Virus record (IMG/VR): IMGVR_UViG_3300031463_000006
Coordinates: 3,925-67,924 of that record
DNA from: a virus
Reading direction: 5' to 3' (one strand)
Length of the DNA: 64,000 nt
Below the pieces are notes generated by a model, which had not been told where the DNA came from, ran no database searches, and saw only the letters and a list, made by a program, of their open reading frames with translations. This document shows, piece by piece, positions 47,201 through 55,468 of the stretch (position 1 is its first letter; each line of letters begins with the position of its first letter). The translations under genes and the position numbers were made by a program.

Positions 47201-47665
47201 CTATGACGGCCTACCACCCGACGCGCGGCTCGGCATGACAACTACACGAAACGTCCCGTAGTACCGACCAAGTACGTCTAGATATCGCGCGCGCGCCTCG
47301 TCATCGGGAAGTTGCAACAAGAAGTCACCGACAACTACCTGCGTCAGCTCGTCGCTCGTCAGCGCGTCCGGCGCATGCCAGGTCCAATCGTGTGCATATT
47401 GATCGACAAGTCGTTCTGGATCGTCGGGTCGCAATTGATCAAGATCGCGCTCCGCCCACTCAAATCCGCGCGTCCACCCGGCACGATACGCACCGCGCGC
47501 TAGATTTGTTGCGAATTGCGCCCATCGTTCGCGAGTTGCTTGCGGATGCGATTTCGCGAACGCGACAACTTGTTCGGCATATCGAATCGGCGGCTCCGGA
47601 CCCTCGTAATACCGCTTGGCGAGCCGCTCGAGCACGTTACGCAGCATGCGCCCGACCCGTGTCAC
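47201..47665 (-). CDS. Hypothetical protein
   Basis: Start overlaps the upstream stop. Confidence 0.55.
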   Translation of the reverse strand: MTRVGRMLRNVLERLAKRYYEGPEPPIRYAEQVVAFAKSHPQATRERWAQFATNLARGAYRAGWTRGFEWAERDLDQLRPDDPERLVDQYAHDWTWHAPDALTSDELTQVVVGDFLLQLPDDEARARYLDVLGRYYGTFRVVVMPSRASGGRPS

Positions 47666-48123
47666 CGTGCGCCTCGCAACGCAAGCACAACTGCCGGGGT
47701 TCGCAATTGCGGCTTTGTATCGTTTACTGTCGACGACACTTGAATCGACATCACTTTCGGTAGTTGCGTTGCAAGTTCAATTGCTTGCCATGCTGCAACG
47801 AAATCGCCGAACACAGTTGCGATATCAGGCGATGTGCATGCTTTACCGAGCGCACCCAAAGTTGCCGTGCTTGCCGCAAGCGTGTCGCGCGCCTTCTCGA
47901 CGGCAACACGTGCAGTCACAAGTCGCTCGGGCGGCAAGCCAAGGGACGGCAACACAGCATCAACTTGATCGAGCGCAATCTCGGCGTCCATAACGTACAT
48001 CTGCGCTGACGACATTGCCGGCGTAGCATTTGCGCATGCTCCGCGCAACCACGCACAACCAATCGTTGAAAATACGGCCAACACAAATGCAAGAACGGCA
48101 AGTTTCCAACTCATTTCGTTCAT
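47662..48123 (-). CDS. Putative lipoprotein (possible spanin-like)
   Basis: Hydrophobic signal ending 'STIGC' (lipobox-like); helical body. Confidence 0.5.
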   Translation of the reverse strand: MNEMSWKLAVLAFVLAVFSTIGCAWLRGACANATPAMSSAQMYVMDAEIALDQVDAVLPSLGLPPERLVTARVAVEKARDTLAASTATLGALGKACTSPDIATVFGDFVAAWQAIELATQLPKVMSIQVSSTVNDTKPQLRTPAVVLALRGAR

Positions 48124-48425
48124 CGGAATGTTCCTCCCATGTTCTCATAAACATGCGTCACGACGGCATACGGCTCGTCGTAATTGCTCCAGTACTTCTC
48201 CACCGCCTTCTTCGCACGCTCCCACAGAGCTTCGTTCGCGACCCACTGCGGCGGGTTGTCGGGCCGCTCGAAGTCGCGCGGCGCAAGATCGATCCACGAA
48301 AGGATCTCGGGCCGATCGGCGTAGATGTCTCGATGCACGTTCGGCGGCGCCTTCTCGTAGCCTTTACCATCGCCGCGACCACCGACCATGCTTCGCGCCC
48401 AAGTAAACAACGGATTCGGTTTCAT
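48120..48425 (-). CDS. Small protein with N-terminal MKPNPLFTWARSMVGG leader
   Basis: Likely start at 48425; C-terminal 'LWERAKK...YAVVTHVYENMGG'. Confidence 0.6.
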   Translation of the reverse strand: MKPNPLFTWARSMVGGRGDGKGYEKAPPNVHRDIYADRPEILSWIDLAPRDFERPDNPPQWVANEALWERAKKAVEKYWSNYDEPYAVVTHVYENMGGTFR

Positions 48426-48456
48426 GCCGAATATGCTACCGCGCGGATACGAGCAT

Positions 48457-48777
48457 TCAACCGATAAAGTTACCGTCAAGCCTCCGGCCATACAGTGATG
48501 GCGCGTTAATACCTCGTTGTATGACTACATCGTGCTCCGTCAGCACCGTAACAAGTGCCGATAATCCTCGCGTCGATGGTATAACAACAAATCTCAATCG
48601 AATTGGCTTTCCAGATCTCCACAACTGCGCTTTGTTATCTAGATTCTTAACATAATGCGCACGCTCCGACAATTGAATCAACTCTCCCAGTCCTTGTTCG
48701 TATGTCAAACCAGGACGCACGCGCATAATGTATCGTCGTACCGCATGCGGAGTAATGAACCATCGTCCAGGAATCAT
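48457..48777 (-). CDS. Hypothetical protein, possible RelE-like fold
   Basis: 'ITPHAVRRY..R' start and 'LVTVL' end. Confidence 0.4.
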   Translation of the reverse strand: MIPGRWFITPHAVRRYIMRVRPGLTYEQGLGELIQLSERAHYVKNLDNKAQLWRSGKPIRLRFVVIPSTRGLSALVTVLTEHDVVIQRGINAPSLYGRRLDGNFIG

Positions 48778-50267
48778 TCATCGCCTTTCAACCGATTCAT
48801 CATTACATCGTATGCTTTGCGAAGTGTACGACGCGAATAAGCATGCGCAATCCAATCCCAAGGAAGCGGCGCGTCTGGATCCAACTCGCCATATCCTACA
48901 CCGGCAATTTCCGCCGCGACATCGGGCGTGACTCTGCGTTCGCCAAGCGCCTCGAGCAAGTCGACTCCACGCCGATCTGAACGCGCAAGCACTGTACACA
49001 CCTTCGCCACGTCATCGGTGCGCCCGGCATGCTGACGAATGCACACCCACGACAGATCCTCAACACCACGTATCGTGGCAGCTAAGCGCCGAGCACCACC
49101 ACCGCACGAGCACCATTGCATCGGCGTTCCCGGTAACGGCTGAAACGGCTGCCAGTGCAACGACAAATTGCGCGCTATTTTACCTCTTCGTCTGTAATCA
49201 AGCTCTATAAGCACTCGCATAAATGCAATTGGATCATCTGCAGTTTGGCCAGGCAATCCAGCAATCATGTGCCATGCAAGCCGTCCTTTCCCATCGCCTT
49301 CTGTTCGATCCATTATGGAAAGCGTACTATCGATGAGTCGTTCGTCTGTCAAATATCCCTTCCCAATTGCACGACGCACACGTTCTGTCATGCCTTCTAC
49401 ACCAAAGGCGTATCGCTTGTTCGCAACAATCGGCTCGTCACCTTCGATGCTATCGAGCCTACCGGTCCAACCATTGTCTACCGCCGCACGTTCTCGCAGC
49501 GCAGCCCGAATCGCCGTGATTCCAGAATGGGATTCGGCATCTCCGGCCTGCAAATGCAACTGCCGCGGGCTCATCTTTATCGCCGAAATGATTGCGTCAG
49601 TTGAATTTTCACGCAACGGAGCACGCCAACCAAGCCCACAAAACAAGCACTTGTGACGGCAATTTCGGGCAATCTCTATACGGCGCAAGCTGGTCAAGTT
49701 TACTCGAACGTCTGCACGCAAAGTAATCCCTATGTCTTGCGAAACCGATTGCACAATCGTTGCTTCGCCTGGAACATGATATGCTGGGACAAGCACGCCA
49801 GGAATTGTCGAGCACTCGGCAAGGAATCCTGGCGTGCGATGATGACGTTCCCACGCACCAAGAATAGCTGGCAGCGGTTCTTCCGCATCGCCAACCACAA
49901 TCACATCAGCGATGTCGTAGTATGGCATCGGATTATGCAATCCTTGACCTCCGGCGATAACCCACGGATGATTCGGTCCACGTTGTTGACGACGCATGGG
50001 TATCTTCCAAGCACGAAAGTGTTTAGAAGTCTCCATCATCAAACGCGAATCGAGCACCGAGATCATGATTGCATCAACACCACTTGGGCGTCGTTCCTCT
50101 TCTGCTACCATGCGTAGGCCATAGGGACGACCAATCGCTTCAACAACCGCAAGCGGAAACGCCAATCCGTGGTGCTTAACAATCCGCTCTACTCGTTCAA
50201 TTTGATTCCACGCACCAAGTGAAGAAGCAAATGCCAACATTACTTTCTGAATTGTTTGCGCAACCAA
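48774..50267 (-). CDS. Radical SAM protein with B12-binding-like N-terminus
   Basis: 'CRHKCLFC' (CxxxCxxC), 'IAGG...NPMP...GDAEE', 'FQPLPGTP' and 'PLPWD'. Confidence 0.85.
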   Translation of the reverse strand: MVAQTIQKVMLAFASSLGAWNQIERVERIVKHHGLAFPLAVVEAIGRPYGLRMVAEEERRPSGVDAIMISVLDSRLMMETSKHFRAWKIPMRRQQRGPNHPWVIAGGQGLHNPMPYYDIADVIVVGDAEEPLPAILGAWERHHRTPGFLAECSTIPGVLVPAYHVPGEATIVQSVSQDIGITLRADVRVNLTSLRRIEIARNCRHKCLFCGLGWRAPLRENSTDAIISAIKMSPRQLHLQAGDAESHSGITAIRAALRERAAVDNGWTGRLDSIEGDEPIVANKRYAFGVEGMTERVRRAIGKGYLTDERLIDSTLSIMDRTEGDGKGRLAWHMIAGLPGQTADDPIAFMRVLIELDYRRRGKIARNLSLHWQPFQPLPGTPMQWCSCGGGARRLAATIRGVEDLSWVCIRQHAGRTDDVAKVCTVLARSDRRGVDLLEALGERRVTPDVAAEIAGVGYGELDPDAPLPWDWIAHAYSRRTLRKAYDVMMNRLKGDE

Positions 50268-50860
50268 TCAACTGCAACGTCAAGCCGATTCTGATTGAGC
50301 TCGCACCCGCGAAATCGCCCGCCAAGCCGATGCGTATGGCGAGCCGTAACACCTTTTCCAGTGCATGGATCAAGCACAATCATTCCTGGAAGCACCACCG
50401 CAGACAACACTGCCTTTGTTAATGCCGGGCCATGCTTGTCGGGAAGATTGATCGAAATATCTCGTGAGCCATATAGTGTCAACGTATATGGACGCATAGG
50501 CGAACCTTTGAGGTTCTCCCATATACGTTGCCTGACAAGTCCAACTTTTTGCATGGCCAAATCCAAATCACGAAGCCCTTGCACTCCCATCTCTACAAAT
50601 ACCGGTGCATCCGGCGTACGAAATGAAGCGCAAACATCGCAAAAAGCATTGAGAAATTCGGCCCACGATGTTCGCCGCGCCGACCCGTTGATGCTGTACC
50701 AATACTTATGATGTTTCTCGTCGGATGGTGGATTGCTATAAATTACGTCTGCGCGTTCCGAACCCATCAATTCTGCAACGGCGCCGGTCGTAATATCAGC
50801 ATGCATCAATCGATGCAATCGGCGAGGGCCAACATTGAAAATCATTGCATCGGAAGTCAT
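50240..50860 (-). CDS. Small SAM-dependent DNA methyltransferase-like protein (variant NPPS)
   Basis: 'DVIYSNPPS', 'VLDPCTGKG' and 'GCELN'; ATGA-coupled to csf3. Confidence 0.75.
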   Translation of the reverse strand: MTSDAMIFNVGPRRLHRLMHADITTGAVAELMGSERADVIYSNPPSDEKHHKYWYSINGSARRTSWAEFLNAFCDVCASFRTPDAPVFVEMGVQGLRDLDLAMQKVGLVRQRIWENLKGSPMRPYTLTLYGSRDISINLPDKHGPALTKAVLSAVVLPGMIVLDPCTGKGVTARHTHRLGGRFRGCELNQNRLDVAVDWLRKQFRK

Positions 50861-51507
50861 GGCACTGCAATCTCACACTCATTAGGGTTAAGCCGACCCG
50901 GATACGGATACGTCAAGTTTCCATATCCGATGTTCGGATCAACTAGCCCGGGCCAATCGAGCGGAAGATTGCGCAGGGCTTTCCCGTCGCGCACGACCGG
51001 GAACCCGTCCCACGTGTCGCACGGCTCCACAATCCACTCCGCCACTTGTCCGAGCCCCACCGCTCGCTTCTTCCCGAGCCCCATACACATCTCGACAAGC
51101 GATCTTATCTCCGCCTCGTCGCCGATGCACCACCACGTCAACATATCGTCGACGAGATAAACCGTGTCGAGCGGAAACCGATACGACTTCGTGCGCCCGC
51201 TTTTCGTCGAGAAACGACGCAACCTGGGGCCGCCAAACATTTGCGCTTCTTCGACTGGAAATCTACGGTTGATTCGATGCATTCGATGCCGTTCAATCTG
51301 CGCGACGCTGAACGATGCAAGGTGGAACCGTCCCTTCGGCTCACGTTGCACGGGAATTTCTATCCGCACTACCTCTTCGGGGCATGTTGCAGGATGAATA
51401 TTATCGCGCAATGCTACTTGTGCCGCGAGCAACGAATCAAGCGCAATCGGCCCGTTCGGCATCGCAATCGCCCCATTAATTCTTGCCTGTACTCGTAGCG
51501 GTTTCAT
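50857..51507 (-). CDS. csf3: Type IV CRISPR Csf3 (Cas5-family RAMP)
   Basis: 'IALDSLLA', G-rich 'GLGKKRAVGLGQVAEW' and 'RNLP'. Confidence 0.85.
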   Translation of the reverse strand: MKPLRVQARINGAIAMPNGPIALDSLLAAQVALRDNIHPATCPEEVVRIEIPVQREPKGRFHLASFSVAQIERHRMHRINRRFPVEEAQMFGGPRLRRFSTKSGRTKSYRFPLDTVYLVDDMLTWWCIGDEAEIRSLVEMCMGLGKKRAVGLGQVAEWIVEPCDTWDGFPVVRDGKALRNLPLDWPGLVDPNIGYGNLTYPYPGRLNPNECEIAVP

Positions 51508-52496
51508 GCGTCCACCCTCAACAAGAATTCGCGTAGACGTTCTGCACGATCGGCAACATGCCGACGAAACAAAGCTCCAACACGCGGTGCTAGCGATGCG
51601 ACGTCCAGATCGTTCGCCGCATCGCGCGGCCTCGTGAGCGTAATCTGTCTCGCCGTAATAGCCCTGACGCGGCCATGTCCCGTCCCCGACTTTCCTCCAA
51701 CGACCGCGTTGCTCAAAAACGCCATCACAGTCGTATTGAAGGTGTCGACGTCGAGTTCATTCATCAACGTTGCACCGATTGTCCAGTAAAACAAGCTACC
51801 AGCCTTCACTCGCTCGAACCGACGCGGCATGTTTGTCGACTTCTCCTTGTCGCGCTCCGCGTCGTCGGCTTCTTCGCTCGCCTTCTCGCTCAGCCGCAAT
51901 CGCTCGTTGACAGCGACCTGCGCCCCCTCCGTCAACAGCACCCGTTTCTGCGGGTCCAGCACCGGGTCCATGCGTACTCGCTGCACGCTCTCGATGTGCT
52001 TGCGCGCCGGTGCCGTCGTCGCCCCCACGGTCGAGATGTACTCTGCCACCCATCCAGGAAGTACATGCATCGTCTCGTCCGCGATCAGCAACGCTTCGGA
52101 CACCTGTAGACGCCCTGGAATGCAACGGTTCTGCGCGCATCCACCGAACAACGCGAGCGGAGGAATCAGCTCGCAGAGCTCGCGGTAGATGTCGAGCTTC
52201 ACCGCACCGCCGGCAGAGCCAGTGATCATGCCTCCTGCGAACAACAGGCGCAAAGCCTCTTCGCTGAGCGTGCTGCCGAGCAGTCCGGCCGCGTCGAGCA
52301 GCGCGTAGGTGCTCGCCTCCCGTAGCTTGTGCCGCATCGTGTCTCCGCTGATGATCGGTACATGTGCAAAGCTTCCGTTCGGTTGCCTCACTTCCGTTCG
52401 CATCAAGAATGATTCATTGCCGATCGTTCCCTCCGAGTGACAAATCGGTTGTTGTGCTTCAAGAATGAACTCATACCTTTTCTGTTCCATGTGCAT
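51504..52496 (-). CDS. csf2: Type IV CRISPR Csf2 (Cas7-family backbone)
   Basis: 'PICH..G..GN', 'VPIISGDTMRHKLR', 'LFAGG', 'PPLALFGG', 'GRLQV' and 'VGGKSGTGHG'. Confidence 0.92.
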   Translation of the reverse strand: MHMEQKRYEFILEAQQPICHSEGTIGNESFLMRTEVRQPNGSFAHVPIISGDTMRHKLREASTYALLDAAGLLGSTLSEEALRLLFAGGMITGSAGGAVKLDIYRELCELIPPLALFGGCAQNRCIPGRLQVSEALLIADETMHVLPGWVAEYISTVGATTAPARKHIESVQRVRMDPVLDPQKRVLLTEGAQVAVNERLRLSEKASEEADDAERDKEKSTNMPRRFERVKAGSLFYWTIGATLMNELDVDTFNTTVMAFLSNAVVGGKSGTGHGRVRAITARQITLTRPRDAANDLDVASLAPRVGALFRRHVADRAERLREFLLRVDA

Positions 52497-52869
52497 CCTC
52501 CCTATGTTCGCGATCCCGACGCTCTTCTACTGTCTTCCGCGCCATTGCAATCAGCAGCCCGTATTCGCGCTCCACCATATCTAGCCACTCGGCCGCTGCT
52601 CCAAGCTCACGCACGTGGTCAGCGAGCTCGAGCAAACAGGTCGAGCTGAGTAGGGATGGAGCGGCCTTGATCTGCAACGTCCTGAGCATGGTCGTGTACC
52701 ACTCCTCCGGGCTCTCGCTTGTCCGCACAGCTCCCCTCATCCGGTCCGACAACTGCGTCCAGTGCTTGATCGCATTCGCTCCCTGCGCCAGGTACGCCGC
52801 CCGGATCGACAACAACACCTCGACTGTTTCGGTTCGCAGCTTTTCTTTTTCCTTTTCGTTTAGCTTCAT
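52471..52869 (-). CDS. cas11: Type IV-B small subunit (Cas11/Csf4-like)
   Basis: 132-aa all-helical ORF between csf1 and csf2, with GGAGG RBS. Confidence 0.65.
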   Translation of the reverse strand: MKLNEKEKEKLRTETVEVLLSIRAAYLAQGANAIKHWTQLSDRMRGAVRTSESPEEWYTTMLRTLQIKAAPSLLSSTCLLELADHVRELGAAAEWLDMVEREYGLLIAMARKTVEERRDREHREDAHGTEKV

Positions 52870-53674
52870 CAGCTTGCCTCCTTGCTACTTGTTCCTCATC
52901 TCGCTGCGCGAGCCACAATGCCAGCGAGAACCACGCTCCGCCTCGGAGCCGACCCCAGCGGCGCTCGAACTCCTCGATCTCTGCGCGCGCACGCTCCCAC
53001 TCCCCGGCCACGTACTCTCCCGTCTCCATCGCCCCCTTCGTCGCGCCCGCCGTCAGCGCTTTCGCCGCGTCGTCAACGATGCTCCACCCCATTGTATCGC
53101 GTGGCAGTTCGACGCGAGCTTCCTCAAACATGACGATCCCGCGCAGCGATCCGCTTGGGTTCACTGGCGTGAACGGCACCACGTGTTTCTGCCCCGAATC
53201 CGCGATCGCAGCGAACCACGGGCCCTTGTGCGGTCTACGAAGGAAGCTGAGAATCTTCGGCTTCTCCGCCTTGGTCGCGTTGTCGTAGTACCCCGCATCA
53301 TATAGATGCGAGTAGTTGCGGAACGATCCTCCGTGCGGATTCTTTCCGGTTCCCTCACAATGCGCGCACGACTCGCGCTTCCCAGGCTCGCCTCTGCACT
53401 TCGAACATGGGCCTGCTTCGCGCCCAGGCACCGAAGACACCCTGGCGCAAATGTATACGCACGCAGGACAAACATGCCTCGAGGCCGGCGATGCAACGCG
53501 GTTGGCCGCTGTGAAATTTTCTCCGAGCCACTTGTCTATTGGCACTCCAGCGTTGATGTACTCACCGCACATCCAGCATCTGTTGCTTCCTTTGCCAAAG
53601 AGAATGGCTTCGAGAGGGACACCAATATCTGGATATCCCATGCACTCGTATAGCAACTGTGGCGCAGTTTTCAT
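52619..53674 (-). CDS. csf1: Type IV CRISPR Csf1 (Cas8-like large subunit)
   Basis: 'CWMCG...NFT...VCPAC', 'RNYSHL' and 'IADSGQKHVVP..PVN'. Confidence 0.82.
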   Translation of the reverse strand: MKTAPQLLYECMGYPDIGVPLEAILFGKGSNRCWMCGEYINAGVPIDKWLGENFTAANRVASPASRHVCPACVYICARVSSVPGREAGPCSKCRGEPGKRESCAHCEGTGKNPHGGSFRNYSHLYDAGYYDNATKAEKPKILSFLRRPHKGPWFAAIADSGQKHVVPFTPVNPSGSLRGIVMFEEARVELPRDTMGWSIVDDAAKALTAGATKGAMETGEYVAGEWERARAEIEEFERRWGRLRGGAWFSLALWLAQRDEEQVARRQADEAKRKGKRKAANRNSRGVVVDPGGVPGAGSECDQALDAVVGPDEGSCADKREPGGVVHDHAQDVADQGRSIPTQLDLFARAR

Positions 53675-53677
53675 CGT

Positions 53678-54118
53678 TCATCTCACACAGCGCTTTGCAA
53701 CCACGTTCACCCCGTCGAGCCCCATCAACAACCGAGCGTGCTCGGCATCAAAGGCAAGTACTTGCCTAACCACAATACCATCATCCTTTTTGGCCACATA
53801 ATAACCGCGATGCTTTGTTCCGTGACCAGCAAGCACTTCCTTGTATCTGCCTCGCTGTACTACCGTTCCCACCCACCATCGGCCATCCGAGTACAGCCGC
53901 AGTTGCACCGTCGGAAGCGGCTTGCCGTGCTCATCGTACACAACTTGTGTATTTGCCACGATAACCGCAGACTTCGACACCGACCGATAAGAAAATGCTT
54001 CGCGAACAAGTGTTATCGGAAGACGACATTCTTCGGATACCGTTTCGTTCCTGCTCTTTACTGAAGCAAGAATTGCTTCTTTCGTCGCCCGATCTATATC
54101 CACAGCCCCTCCGTTCAA
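53678..54118 (-). CDS. Hypothetical protein
   Basis: Co-directional; ends 3 nt before csf1. Confidence 0.5.
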   Translation of the reverse strand: MNGGAVDIDRATKEAILASVKSRNETVSEECRLPITLVREAFSYRSVSKSAVIVANTQVVYDEHGKPLPTVQLRLYSDGRWWVGTVVQRGRYKEVLAGHGTKHRGYYVAKKDDGIVVRQVLAFDAEHARLLMGLDGVNVVAKRCVR

Positions 54119-54133
54119 AACATAGTTCTAACA

Positions 54134-54709
54134 CTACACGTTGCGTTTTCTCATCCTCGGCAACAACGCACTCGGATCGATTGCAAGCAATGCCGTTGCT
54201 GCAACAATCGAAACACGTTCGCTCGAACCTGCAACGCAAAGATCCTGCGCAAACAAGAATCGTGGCATAATCAACGAACAGATCCACGACGTTACTTTGG
54301 CGTCGGGCAACACAACACGCCAAAGCTCATTATTCCGACGAAGCCACAACATCGGCATCGCTTTCTGTTCCTCAGCCGCACGACACGTCTGCGCCCACCA
54401 TGCCCAAACCGGGCTTGGCTTGCTCGCGAGAACGCGATCCCAACTGAACTGCTCGCGCCGCTTTATCTCCACGCAAAAAGGAAACTTCGCGGCCGTCGTC
54501 ATAACATCGCCACTCGCACGAAACTCCGCGCGCACCTGCTTCGTGCTCCAACCGCCGCTCGACGGTGTACGAACAAACTGGCAATCAGGTTCGAGTCGTC
54601 GCCACCATTGCGTCAACATAGCGGCAACCGCACGCTCGCTGTTTGCGCCCTTGCGACGGCTTCGACGACCGATTGCAGACGAATCTCGAGGTTGTTCCAC
54701 ACGACCCAT
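54134..54709 (-). CDS. Holliday junction resolvase (PD-(D/E)xK, Hjc-like)
   Basis: 'KGANSER', 'RTPSSGG', 'GDV' and 'VEIKRRE'. Confidence 0.8.
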   Translation of the reverse strand: MGRVEQPRDSSAIGRRSRRKGANSERAVAAMLTQWWRRLEPDCQFVRTPSSGGWSTKQVRAEFRASGDVMTTAAKFPFCVEIKRREQFSWDRVLASKPSPVWAWWAQTCRAAEEQKAMPMLWLRRNNELWRVVLPDAKVTSWICSLIMPRFLFAQDLCVAGSSERVSIVAATALLAIDPSALLPRMRKRNV

Positions 54710-54712
54710 TGC

Positions 54713-55468
54713 TTACCCTCGCCCAGGAAACAAAGGCAGTTGACCGGCCCGCAATGCTGCAAGCGTCATGTTGTTCTCGGTCGCAATACATCGCTCACGC
54801 GCAATGTTTGCCCATCGCGGTTCCTTCTCGATCAAAATACATCGCCGTCCTTGCTGCACGGCCGCAACGCCAGTAGTACCAGCCCCAGCGAAAGGATCGA
54901 GCACAACTTCGTCGGGGTCGGTAAACAATGAGATCAACTCGAGCATCAACGAAACCGGTTTCTGTGTCTCGTGCTCGCGACACTCGGCGGCGTGCTTGCT
55001 ATGAATGAACACGCCCGCGCGCCCGCCACCATTCCACCTCGACTTGCCGCGAGCATGACAACAAACAATCGATTCATATCCCATTGCAGGGCGGTCACCA
55101 CTGAATTGTGGCGTCGGATCTGGCTTTACCCAAATCGCAGTGCGTCGATACGACATCGACGATAACACTTCTCGCCACAACATTGCGGCTTCAACTTGAC
55201 AGAAAACAAGCGCCCAACGCCGTGTCAATCTTGCGATTTGAAGCCCAAACAATGATCGCATTTCTTGCGTCATCGGTTCGAACGCAAGGCTCTCGTTCTC
55301 GTTGCCAAGTTTCGTTCGCTGCTTGGTATGCGCTTCAACTTCGTATGGCGGATCTGTGATTACGTGGTCAACGCAAGTAGCAGGCAATGCCGGCAAAATG
55401 CTCGCGCTATCGCCGGTAATAACGGTCCAACGCGCGCGGCCCTCGAGCACTGCTAGTGCGTCATCCAT
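54713..55468 (-). CDS. N6A/N4C DNA methyltransferase (beta class)
   Basis: 'ITDPPY', 'HETQKP' and 'LDPFAGAGTT'; likely start MDDAL at 55468. Confidence 0.92.
   Translation of the reverse strand: MDDALAVLEGRARWTVITGDSASILPALPATCVDHVITDPPYEVEAHTKQRTKLGNENESLAFEPMTQEMRSLFGLQIARLTRRWALVFCQVEAAMLWREVLSSMSYRRTAIWVKPDPTPQFSGDRPAMGYESIVCCHARGKSRWNGGGRAGVFIHSKHAAECREHETQKPVSLMLELISLFTDPDEVVLDPFAGAGTTGVAAVQQGRRCILIEKEPRWANIARERCIATENNMTLAALRAGQLPLFPGRG

Noticed and set aside
48774-54118. cysH-like or dinG gene beside the csf genes
   Set aside because: No SGGKDS PP-loop or helicase motifs in any flanking ORF.
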